NCBI GenBank assembly: GCA_964016885.1
Contig: OZ024750.1
Span: 22,816,001-22,880,000 of the forward strand
DNA from: Eledone cirrhosa
Taxonomy: Eukaryota
Direction of reading: 5' to 3'
Length of the DNA stretch: 64,000 bases
In this document: in pieces, positions 24,910 to 36,714 of the stretch
How the letters are laid out: the number at the start of each line of letters is the position of its first letter
Position numbering within the stretch: the first letter of the stretch is position 1
Made by a program: the position numbers and the translations under genes
The notes under the pieces: generated by a model
Databases searched by the model: none
Told to the model about the DNA's origin: nothing
Seen by the model: only the letters and a program-made list of their open reading frames with translations

Positions 24910-27900
24910 CATCATCATCATTTTATGTCCGCTTTTCCCTGCTTGCAAGAGTGGGACGGGTCTTATTCAGCACAGCATCTCTCCACTCGTCACGGTCACT
25001 CGTCATCTCCACCATGAGCTTCAATGATCTGAGGTCTGTTCTCACCACCTCCGCCCATGTTTTTCGTGGTCTACCTCTACCAACCACGTCTTCCTTCAAC
25101 TGGCACTTCTTCACCCATCGGTCATCCTCCATGCGCATCACATGTCCATACCACCTCAGTCTCCTCTCCCGTACACTACATTCTATCCCTCTCAGGCACA
25201 GTTTCTCTCTCAACACATTTATGCTGGGTCGTTCACGCACATCCAACGGAGCATGCTTGCCTCATTTCTCTCCAGCCGTCGCATATCCTCTGCGGTTGCT
25301 GCCCATGTCTCACTACCATGCAGCATCGCGCTCCTCACACAGGCATCATACAACCGGCCTTTCGTACGCAGGGAGAAACCCTTCTTCGTCAACAGAGGAA
25401 GCAGCTCCCTAAACTTCTTCCAACCCGTCCTTATTCTAGATACTATGGCCTCAGAACACCCTCCTCCCATGCTAATCTGATCTCCTAGGTACCGGAAGCT
25501 ATCCACCACTTCTATAGCGCCCTCTCGCATTTGAAAAATGTGTCTATCAGTGCGACTTCTACTGTCTAATTTCCCTGTACATCTACTGCATACATATTTC
25601 TCCCTACCTGTTAGTTTGCCTGCTATCCCGCTACATCTCTTGTGTACCCAGGACCTGCATTGTGTGCATTTTATAGAATTTATGCCAGTTCCTTTTCTGC
25701 ATATCGAACATGGCCATTTCCCTGACGGAATCAGGGCTTTGTCCTCTTTTCTACTCATCAACACTTTTGTCTTAGCTAGATTTACTCTCAGTCCTCTTGC
25801 TTCCAACTGCTGTTTCCATAGCCGGAATTTATTCTCTAGCTCCTCTACTGATTCTGCTATAAGAGCCAGATCGTCAGCATAGAGAAGTTCCCATGGACAG
25901 CCAGTCTTAAACTCCTCTGTTATGGCTTGGAGGACTATAATGAACAAGAGCGGGCTGAGGACCGAACCCTGATGTACTACTACTTGTATCTGGAATTCCT
26001 CACTAAACTCCATTCCTACCCTGACTTTACTAAGAGTACCTCTGTACAAAGTTTGCACTGTCCTCACAAGCCATTCCTCAACACCTAGCTTCCTTAGAGA
26101 CCACCAGATGACAGATCGGGGTACCCTATCAAAGGCCTTCTCTAGGTCAACAAAGGCTAAGTATAGTGGCTTATTCTTCTCTAAGAACCTCTCTTGCATT
26201 TGTCTCACCAAGAAGAGGGCATCTGTTGTACTCTTCCCAGGCACAAAACCAAACTGCATCTCATCTAGTTTGACCCTTTCTCTAATTAGTTGTGCTAAAA
26301 TCCTTTCTGCCACTTTCATAACCTGATCTATCAGTTTTATACCCCTATAATTGCTCCTCTCCAAAGCATCCCCTTTACCTTTGTAGCAATTTATGAGAAT
26401 ACTGCTGCACCAGTCTTTGGGTATGACACCACCATATATAGCCTGATTGATGATGCGTGCAACCAGTTTAGTGCCTACGTCCCCTGATGCCTTCAGCATC
26501 TCAGCAACTATTCCCGATGGTCCAGCCGCCTTACCATTTTTAATTTCCCTAATCGCCTCTTGGACCCTATATTCGTCAATCTCAATAGCTGGTCCCTCTG
26601 TCGGATCTACCAAGGGTAATTTCTCTCTCTCCCATTCGTTCTCCACATTCATCAGTCTCTCATAATGACATTTCCAGGCCTCCTTTTTCTGGTCATTCGT
26701 GACACTAAGTACACCGGCATCATCCCGGACACATTTATCTCCAACAACATCCTGATTTGCATTGACACACTGCCTTGCAATGTGGAACACCGCACGCCTC
26801 TGATCTTCCCGTCGCAGAACATTGGCAAACCTCCTACTCTCTGCCTCCCTGCGTGCTAAGTACACCTGACGTCTAGCTTCTCTCTTAGTGGCTGTATATT
26901 CTTCCCTACTCCCACCCTTTTTCCAAGCCTTCCATGCTATTCTTTTGTCTCTAATAGCCTTATCTACTGTGCTGTTCCACCACCAGGTCACTCTCTGTCT
27001 GGTTGGAGCTCTGCTCCAGCCACAGGTTTCATCAGTAGCCTGCAGCAAGTCGTCACATAAGAACTTCCAGTTATTATCTATGTCATACGTCTCTAAATCG
27101 TCTTCTTTTTCGTCATATACATCTTGAAGGGCTTTCCTAAATTTGTATTTTAGTGAAAGGTCTTTTAGCTTCCAGACCTTTCTTCTCCACACCTTCCTAT
27201 ATGTCTCATTCCATCTCTTGCTTACTGAGATATCACTAACAACTAACCTATGCTGTGGGGTACATTCTTCCCCAGGGTATGCCTTGGTATTAGACACTAT
27301 CTGCCTGTCCCGCTGCCTAACTAGCAGGGAGTCAATCTGGCTTATGTGCTCACCAGATTTGTAGGTTATTAGGTGATTGGCAGGTTTCTGGAAGTTTGTG
27401 TTGCAAATAGTCAAGGTACTCGCATCACAAAATTCAAGAAGTCTCACTCCTTCTTCATTTCTTGAACCGTAACCGTGCCCACCATGTACCCCAGTGTAAC
27501 CATCCTGGAGCTGTCCAACATGACCATTGAAGTCTCCTGCTAGCATAACGATGTCTCCGTCCTCTGTCATTGTGGTTGTTTGCAAAAGTTGCTCATAAAA
27601 GCAGTCTTTCTCATCTTTGCCTAGGCCTGCTTGGGGAGCATAGACCGAGATGATTGTCAGTAGTCTCCTACCTACAACTAATCTAAGCTTAATTATTCGA
27701 TTACTAACTCGAACTACCTCTATTGTCTTATTGATCCATTTCTCAGCCAGGAAAATGCCTACTCCCCCTAACCCATCATCCTTACCTACCCAGAATAGCT
27801 TATAGCTAAGACGCTTGCCTACAACTAGTCTCGCAGAGGCACCTCTTGCACGCAGCACACATCCACCTGCCTTCTCTCCAGCATCTCCGCTATTTCAGCA

Positions 27901-28095
27901 GATCTACCTCTGAGAGTGCCAACATTAAATGTTGCAACTCTGAGATGCGACGTCTTCATATTTTCCTATGCTGTTTTGTTGCTGTGCTGATAAGCTTTTT
28001 GGCATTGATACACTGGTTGGATGCCCTTCCTAACACCAGCGCCACTTTACAGCATGGACTGGGTGCTTTTATTTGTGCCACCAGCACTAGAGAGG
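24910..28095 (-). mobile_element. Near full-length RTE-clade LINE (APE endonuclease + RT + PHD-like finger), two frameshifts
   Basis: ATG at 27959 (MKTSHLRVATFNVGTL...CCVQE); ORF 25219..27858 has YAPQ, GDFNGH, HRLV, HQGSVLSPLLF and YADD (25870-25881); C-terminus in ORF 24923..25246 (RLRWYGHV, GRGRPRKTW); (ATG)n tail; 5' UTR motif near 28015-28070. Confidence 0.95.
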
Positions 28096-29024
28096 ATCAC
28101 CATCTATTTCCCATGCTTGCATGAATCAGATGGGTTTTTCTTCAATGCCTAACTGGTGTTTGAGAGAGACTGTCCTCTCAACCAATACGCTACTCTGGAA
28201 ACCACTGGATGATAGACTCAAATGATGTTCTTCCACGCTTTTCTATCCATGGCGCTGACCATAGCATGGTTGAGGTCGAGGTGCTGCACTGGATTTTCCA
28301 GTATACAAGTCAGGGTCAAGACCAAAGTTGGTGTGGTAATCTACCAGTGCTCATCCTGCAGATGCTTGCATATTGCTTACATGTATAGTTTATATAACAA
28401 AGATATACCCAGTACACAGATCTTCATTCTGGCACGCTGATTTCAAAAAATCCAATTCTTTTTCACCCACTATATCCATATTTAAAATTATGATAGATCC
28501 TCCACAAGTTTTGACAATGAGCATTCTACAGGCATGTACTTATAATCCTTAGTCAGAATCAGTGCAACCCAATGTGCCAAGGGCCTTTGAATTACAGCCA
28601 CAATCTACCTGATGAGCTTCCACAAAGTTCCCACCTACCCAATTTCACTCACAATGTTTTTAGTTAATTTTGTATTGTGGTAAAGTTACTTGCACAAGAT
28701 GCCCTACAGTGGGATTGAATACAGAACCTCATGATCGCAAAGCAAACTTCTTAACCACTATGGTCCAACAGTATACTAAAGTACTAATAATAGATTATGT
28801 ATAGTGTAAAAAATCAGTCACACTTGAAAAGAGAATGGTAAATATGAGAGATGGTGGTGGGGCCCAATTTTTTTTTAACTCTTAAGAAAAATATCAACTG
28901 TGGATTATAAATGAGTAAAATATTTCATTTTGGTGGTTTCAATCATTTAATTTTTGTTTTTGATTTTTATGTAATTTAAGTACTGTATATATTTGTGTGT
29001 ACATATAACACAACTAAAACATTT

Positions 29025-29560
29025 AACGTTTTCTTTGCCCACTTATTCCTAAGAGGGTCGTGGAGGCAGAGTCTTCAAACACTCCTTCCAACGGGTCCTG
29101 TCAGAAGCAACCATCTCCAACTAATCCAGCTGGATCCCAAAACAAGATCAGCCAAGCTCATGGATGTTATCCAACCATCTTACTTGGGGCCTTCCCCTGA
29201 TTCTCCTGCCAGTTGGTTTTGCCTGTAAAATCTGTCCAGTGATTCTTTCCCGAGACATTCCAACCACATGCCATAGTATCGGAACTACGATCTCTTAAAT
29301 CGGCGTAGCTGCTCTACCTGAAGTGACTATCTGATCTCCGAGCTACACACACCATTGAGTAACATTACTCCAAAGACCCTTCGGAGGAACCCCAATTCGA
29401 CCACTTGTATTCGCAATCGTATTCTTTCAGTCATTACCCAAGATTACCATAGGTAAGGGTTGGCACGGATACCAAATTTAAGATAGTGAATTTGGCTTCT
29501 GATGACCGAATACTGAAGCTGGCGCATTACTGCACCAGCTCCCGCAATTCTTGCACTTAA
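29025..29560 (-). mobile_element. RTE family-2 3' fragment, degraded
   Basis: Minus-strand remnants GFLRRVFGV..., GRPQVRWLDNI; homologous to the 60.1-60.8 kb and 53 kb pieces. Confidence 0.7.
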
Positions 29561-31112
29561 TTCAGCATTTATAAATCTTGCCGATTGTTTCAAATTAAAC
29601 CATGGAATTTCTAAACTGGACACACACTAGAAAAGTTAAGGGAAAGGCATATGGTATATACTTATAGGATAAGAAATTACAGAGGGCTGTAAATAACAGA
29701 AATGATTGGATCATACTGTGGAAGAATGAAAGTGGTTGAGGAGTGATGGAAATGAATATGACAAGTAAAGGACGGGGAAGACTAGGAAAGATGTTGCTAC
29801 AACTGGAGGAGGAAATGAAAGCCAAATGGTGATGAGGGTGATGCAGACAATAGGGAAAATGAAGCCGCTTATCATGGGACTCTCCTGGCTAACCCTGCTT
29901 TTGCAGAGAAGATGGCTTAAAGACACTTGTTGGATAATATACATATATATCTTAGTAATCTAAATTTTAAAATGCTATTTCCCCTAATTAATTATAACAT
30001 AACTTTCATATCTAAATAATATATAATACTTATGTTAATTTTTTTTTTTTTAAACTTAATTCATACCTTCAAACTTAAGGTTTAAAGGGGGGGAAATTCT
30101 GCTTGTAATAGAAACGCGCATTGAATCATTGCTATACAAAGTTTACGAAATTAAAAAAAAGAACAATTTACTGTAAAATTATGGAGAAATTTAATTTAAC
30201 AAATTGGAATCCCATATAAACCAAATAATAATATATTGAACAGTCTAGTTATTAAATATTTTGTGCAGATACGATACCAAGTTCGAGTTTCACTTCGGCT
30301 ACTGTAGGCTGCTTTTCAACAAGGGCAATAACTCTTGCTAAGTTTCATCTATCTTTACGTAACGTTGGCCCAATGGTTAAAAATTGTGCGAAAGAGGGTA
30401 GACTTGTAGGCCAATGTCAACGCGCCTCAAATGAAGTTTTTCCTTTAGTGCTTTGGAAACTAACATCTGTCAAAAGCCAAAGCGGTCTGAAGCTCTCCTA
30501 CCCAGGTGCCATAGCCAGAGACTGGTATTTGATGTTCGGAATCTAGGCAATATAACGAAAGACAAACCTTCGTGGAAATTTATCGTTGTGTCTATTTCAA
30601 CAGAGGCAACAGGATGACAACCACAATGTCCAGGAGCCAACCTCACTTCAGAGCATCTTAGACAAGTTTTCCTTACCATAGCCTCGGATGGACATAAGTA
30701 TTGTGAGTGAAATTGGGTAGATGGAAACTGTTTGGAAGCCCATTAGATGAAGAGTATCTGTAATTCTAAGAGCAAGCCTTATCAGTGTCACGCTGGATTT
30801 CTCTTAGAATTACGTTAAGAGTACACGTGTCAGTGAAATACTCAGCCTTTAACTGGAGCAAAGTCAGAACCTAAGCTACCATTTAGTGAAAGGCATTTAG
30901 CACGGTATGTCTCAAGTTGACTTAGCAAATTACTATTGGTGAATACGCATTCTACATTGTAATCTTTTCAGAAAACTTACAATTACAGCAAATATGAATG
31001 TTCTCAGAAACACTATATTAGATTTAATCAGTGGCTTGGTCTAATGTGTGTGCCCTCTATGTGTCTTGGAGGCTCCCAAACGGATCACAAAGTACCCCCC
31101 AACTCCCTACAA

Positions 31113-31300
31113 AATTGTTTCTACTTTTAGCACAGGGCCAGCAATTATTCCAGTACATGACTGGTACTTTATTTTATCGACCCCGTAAGGATGAAAGGCA
31201 AAGTTAACCTCAGTGGAAATAATGGAGACCAATACTAAGCAAATAAGATGTACGAAAAAATGGCAGTAAGAGGATTTGAACTCACATCCATGTGCTTCAC
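31113..31300 (-). mobile_element. tRNA-derived SINE fragment
   Basis: aattgtttctacttttagcacagggccagc...ttatcgaccccgtaaggatgaaaggcaaagttaacctc. Confidence 0.6.
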
Positions 31301-31606
31301 ATGTAATCATACAGCCATTATGTCTAAGTATTAATTAAAAAGTCAGCGAGGGATAATAGAAGCCAAATTGCTTACATATCACACTGTAAATACGTGATCA
31401 CGACTGGAAAATGTCTACGTGGTCATCCCTTTTGCTAGAAATAGTCTAATTCTTCTTAAATTACTCGACCACTTAGAAGAAAAAAAAACATTGTATAATG
31501 TGGTCCCAGATAGATTATGAATGAAAAGTACTGTAGGAGCCTCTGTCTGTTCGCCTGGCCTGCTAAAAGTAGCGGCCAAACCTCCCTGAAGCCACACCAT
31601 ATGTAG

Positions 31607-31640
<34 letters not shown>

Positions 31641-34600
31641 TTTTTTTTTAAATTTTATTTTTTATTATTATAGATATGCTCGATCAAGCCCAACTCACGA
31701 ACTATATCTCAAAGAGAGAGGGAGTACCTCTCGAACTAACGAGGAAATATCAACGCGGTTGTACAACCTGCTAAAAAATAGCAACCAAATTTTATTAATA
31801 TCACATCCTACTATCTTAAAACAGAAAGATCATATTGAGTGGTGCAGCCCTGGATATGCTATATCTGAATAAGAGGGGATGGTCACATCTGGAAGGCCTT
31901 TGATAATAAGTGACATGGTGCTAAACAACAATACTACAATATCTCAGAGCGCCCCACATTAAAAGTTCTAAAACTACAATGGAACTATCTCCAGAAATGA
32001 TGTAATTTCAATTAATTACGTAAATAGTAATGAATATTATTTATATAAATGAAATGCGAATAATTAATTAACGATAATAATATTTTAATTAATTTTAATT
32101 AATAATGAATTATCTTCATTCATCATAAATACATTTTTAGATAAAAATATAATGGAAATATATTTTATATTATATACGATATAGAAAATTTAAAAATAAT
32201 CTGCACCTTTTCAAACACGTGAAATGGACCCAGGAATAAAGAATGTGTTATAAATATATACATACATACACACATTTGTTGTGGAGATGGAGTAGGGTGA
32301 GAAAAAAAAAACAAAATTTGCGCCAAGTTCTTATCATGGAGGTACAGCGCTAAGTTTAAAATGGCAATCTAAATATATTTCACATAAACACCACAAACAA
32401 ATATATTAACAACTTTAAAGTAGGCCTAATATTCAAATATAGAACCCTTAAAATTATCCGAAAATTCGTACATTTTTTTAAATATTAAGCATTTATTTTA
32501 TTTTACTTTAAGTACCAAAAACATTTCCATAGCCAGTGTAAAATGTGTTTATAAACGGCACCGGCATTAATATAAATTAGCCATGGAATAGCAAATGTTG
32601 ATAAAATGTAAACTAATAACTGATTTTTGATATAGAAAAGGATAAAAATAAGTCTTGTGTCGTTAAATGAAATCAAGATAAGAAAACTGTCAGATTTCAA
32701 GAAATACTGGTGAACGAAGTGTGGACATTAAAAAATGATACGATCCTTCTTTACGGCTTTTACAGATAAAATTAACGTTAGGCAAACAAAGGGAATGAAA
32801 GGGTCAAAGTGGAATATTCGGTACACATCAAACTAATGTTAATTGTAATATAAAGAGTTATGAAATTGATTAAGTTTTAATAAAGTGAATAGTTAAATAA
32901 AATAAAGTTAAGAAGTATATAAAGTAATACTTACGAGAAAAACTATAGACGTTCAAATATTGCAATAATAAAACGGACTAACTAACGAGTGAACTGAATA
33001 TTACTCCGCCTCAATAAATAGTGCATCAATTTAACTGCAATTGATTAAATTTGGCAGGTTAAAAGTAAAATTCAGTGCAAATATTTTATTTACTCTTTAT
33101 TTTTACTTTAACTAACTAATTATAAATATAAAATTGATTGTAAACTGTATTTTAAAAAAACTACATATATAGTGGTGCTTCGGCTCTAGGGAAAAGGAGC
33201 GTAATTTAAAAATGGATACTTTAATTTGATTGGTTACTAATATGTAATTGAACTGTACACAGGAGATTTAATTAGTACGACTGTGGGTAAAAGTAAACTA
33301 ATGACAAGCTTTTTATGTTTACAAATATATGCACTGTGCGACAATATTCATTTGCATAGCTCAGATTACATACATAGTAATTGCAATGCGCGCATATATA
33401 TATATAATAGTAATAATAAATACAAATACCAAAATATAGTGTATATATATTTATAATTTATATGTATATGAATATATTTAAAGAAACAAAACTTGTCTCG
33501 TAAGAGTCCCATTTTAATATAGATATATATTATACACACACATATATTCGTTCATTGTTATACTTATTTCAAGCATTAGATTTTGGCCATGCCGGGCACC
33601 GTATTGATGGGAGTTTGTCGATAATGTCCACCCCAGTATTTATTTTATTGACGTGCATTCAAAAATACGACACACACACACAACATTGTAATGTTATTTA
33701 TTTGTAAACATTTTGAAATCGAAAATCAAACCACGCCTTTCTACCGTGCTGTGTACGTGTGTGTAAATGTTAGCCCGTATGTGTGTGTTGGTCTGTATGA
33801 GTGCGTATGTGTATATTTATATATGTATTTTATAAATGTTCACCAATAGAGAGAGAGCCAATTTCTACCATAAAAACAAGTCTCTTTCATTGGAATTTAG
33901 ACGTCAAATAGGTAAATACATTTGTATATATGCATGCTTTCGTTGTTGCTATTTATCCTCAAATCGGTCTTAATCGAAGGCATTCTTGTTGATGATCAAA
34001 GGCATACTAGCGGATTAGTGGATGGGGAATGTCTGGCCCACAAATTAATTTTTCTGCTACCGTAAATAATACGCAAGGAATCCGATGAAAATTTCAGCTA
34101 GAGGCCCCATGCAAGATAATCCGCTCCTCCCACGACCATGTCGTCTTTTTGTTTTCATGTATATTGTACTTGGGCGAACGGAAATATGTAAGAGTAATGG
34201 GAGTCTATTCCAGTAACTTTTTTTCCCTGGAATCATCCCTTAAAAACCCGCCGTAGAGTATGTTTTGGGGGAGATTTCGCAGTAATTATGTCACGCTTAT
34301 TAGGCTTGAGAATATCGTTTAAGGGTACACGTGTCAATGGAATAATCACCACTTATACGTTAATTAATGAGTTGGACATTTAGCTGATCGAACAACTGAA
34401 TGCTCATCGTCGAAATTGACGGAGAATCTATTATAAATTATGTATAGGCCATTACGTTTGGCTCGTGAGTGGGTGTGAATATATGCATGAATTAGAGAAA
34501 GAGTGAAAAAAAGAAAGAAAGAGAATAACGTACGCGAGCGTTCGCTTTTAAATGTTCCCGCGCTGTCATTTAACGCTTTAAAATAGTTATAGAGGTCACA

Positions 34601-34809
34601 GAATTTACACAATATTAAGTAATTGACCTACTTATTAGAACTTCGATATAACGTTCATAGAAATTTCTGGCCGGAAATCAACTACATTTTAGTTTGATTT
34701 ATTTAGTTTTTATCAAGCATTTAACTAGTTATTATATTTATCGCCGCAATTTAATATAGACGCCCTGAGAGATGCATTATCTATCTATTTATCTATTTCT
34801 ATCTATTTA

Positions 34810-34825
34810 CCTATCTATTTATCCA

Positions 34826-34899
<74 letters not shown>

Positions 34900-34927
34900 G
34901 TATATATATATATATATATATATATAT
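34810..34927. repeat. (CT)n-(TA)n compound microsatellite
   Basis: Directly visible. Confidence 0.95.
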
Positions 34928-35063
34928 GCAGAGGTTATATTTAATTTGTTGGGATTCAACAAGCTTAAAAATGTTTATAACTGGTATAAAGCACTCAACA
35001 ATTTAGTGTGGTGGCCCTTGAAATATGTATAATAAAATAAATATGGTTTTATAAATATATTAT

Positions 35064-35099
<36 letters not shown>

Positions 35100-35182
35100 G
35101 TGTGTGTGTGTGTGTGTGTGTATACAGCTGCTCCGAACATGCCGAACGCCACAGGTTGGGAAAAATATTCCTGGTATTTTAG

Positions 35183-35253
<71 letters not shown>

Positions 35254-35388
35254 AGTGCCCGCGATGGCGCCTTAGCCACGCTATCACCCACGATAATGCT
35301 GCATGTGGGTTAGATAGCTTTAAAAAATATTATAAGTCTCAAATACTGCCCGCAGCATTAAAAATGTGTAAAGGAGAGAAAGAAACAT

Positions 35389-35553
35389 AATTGTTTCTAC
35401 TTTTAGCACAAGGCCAGCAATTATTCCAGTACTTTATTTTATCGACCCCGCAAAGTTAACCTCGGCGGGATTTGAACTCAGTCCGTAAAGGGACGTAACT
35501 GTGCTGCAAAGCATGGCGTCCGACCCTCTACCGATACTGCCAATCCATCGCCC
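35389..35553 (-). mobile_element. tRNA-derived SINE
   Basis: Reverse-complement copy of the 12172 element (ggatttgaactc B-box). Confidence 0.65.
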
Positions 35554-35997
35554 TAAAGAATCATAATTGCGTCCGATATGAAACGTCTATCTCCGGAATG
35601 GACCTCCGTCGGTTTTAAGGATGTTTCAATTGTTCGATCAACAGAACTGTCTGCTCATTAAATTAATGTGTAAGTCATTGACCATTCCACAGACACGAAC
35701 ACCTATAATTTAATTCTTGAGGAGATTCAATGTGTGATAAGGCCAGGTATTTGAATTACAGGTACAGTTCATCTGAGGGTTTCCAAACAGTTTTCACTTT
35801 TAGCCTTAATAATATTGAATATTAAAACTCTAATTCCGTAGTGAGTACTCCTTTCTCTCAGCCGTCAAAACCACATACAGATATATATATATATAAATGA
35901 AGTAATTCCATCGGAAAAGTCCAGGAAATAAGAGTGCTCTATGTATGCAACAGAGCTTAATTATTATTATTATGTAATAAACAACATAAGGCAATTA

Positions 35998-36057
35998 TTC
36001 CATTTACCAGTGGTTTCTTAAAAGCAAAAGGTTTTGCTTTCAATCCTCAGAATGAAA
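35998..36057 (-). ncRNA. Type I hammerhead ribozyme (family A, mirror copy)
   Basis: Exact reverse complement of 36130-36189. Confidence 0.75.
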
Positions 36058-36129
36058 AATCCTGGTTTGTTTATTGAATATGGATTCTAAAAACCTTTAG
36101 AATCCATATTCAATAAACAAACCAGGATT

Positions 36130-36189
36130 TTTCATTCTGAGGATTGAAAGCAAAACCTTTTGCTTTTAAGAAACCACTGGTAAATGGAA
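36130..36189 (+). ncRNA. Type I hammerhead ribozyme (family A)
   Basis: Stem I TTTCATT/AATGGAA; CTGAGGA core; stem II TTGAAAGCAAAA-CC-TTTTGCTTTTAA; GAAA; stem III A-CC(ACT)GG-T; GUA cleavage triplet ending at 36182. Confidence 0.75.
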
Positions 36190-36221
36190 TAATTGCCTTA
36201 TGTTGTTTATTACATAATAAT

Positions 36222-36285
<64 letters not shown>

Positions 36286-36291
<6 letters not shown>

Positions 36292-36650
36292 ATGATATTA
36301 ATAAATGGAGACTATATTTATAAAACCATATTTATTCTATTATATATATTTCAAGGGTACCAAAACCTTGGTAGGCTCTCATTGGATATCCAAACGGAAC
36401 TTGAACCGTTAAGGTCTGATTCCTGGGTATGTCACTATTTATAAAACAAATTTTGTATTTTATCTGATGAGAGCGTACCAAAGTTTTGGTACCCTTGAAA
36501 TATATATAATAGAATAAATATGGTTTTATAAATATAGTCTCCATTTATTAATATCATTGATATTATACTCCAGAAAACTTGTCGAGTGCTTCGAATCTGT
36601 TATAAATATATTTGTTGAATTACCAACAAATTAAATATCTCTTTGCTTTT
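36286..36650 (+). mobile_element. Fold-back element, family B (Penelope-like inverted pLTR plus tail) in a (TA)n tract
   Basis: ~100-bp inverted arms plus ~90-nt tail 36563-36650; reverse-complement homolog of 47942-48361. Confidence 0.6.
36456..36516 (+). ncRNA. Minimal type I hammerhead ribozyme (family B)
   Basis: Stem I TATTTTAT/ATAGAATA; CTGATGA; stem II GAGCGTACCAAA-GT-TTTGGTACCCTT; GAAA; palindromic TATATA stem-loop III; AUA cleavage triplet. Confidence 0.7.
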
Positions 36651-36714
36651 ATATATATGTGTGTGTGTGTGTGTTTTTAATATAGAAATAGCTTCTACAG
36701 GACTAGAACTGTTT

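Larger units (their letters stand above)
35898..36227 (-). mobile_element. Fold-back element, family A (Penelope-like inverted pLTR plus tail) in a (TA)n tract
   Basis: Perfect 132-bp arms 35960-36091 and 36096-36227 with a 4-nt loop; unique ~60-nt tail 35898-35959 also seen at 38815. Confidence 0.6.

Noticed and set aside
24951-27364. Multiple plus-strand ORFs over the LINE
   Set aside because: Antisense to the RTE ORF with no recognisable motifs.
34772-35390. ORFs rich in YI, SL and CV dipeptides (also at 36.1, 38.0, 47.6 and 61.2 kb)
   Set aside because: Translations of dinucleotide microsatellites.
36333-36392. Minus-strand hammerhead in the left arm of the 36.3 kb element
   Set aside because: Core mutated to CCAATGA and stem I truncated, so it is not called as a ribozyme.
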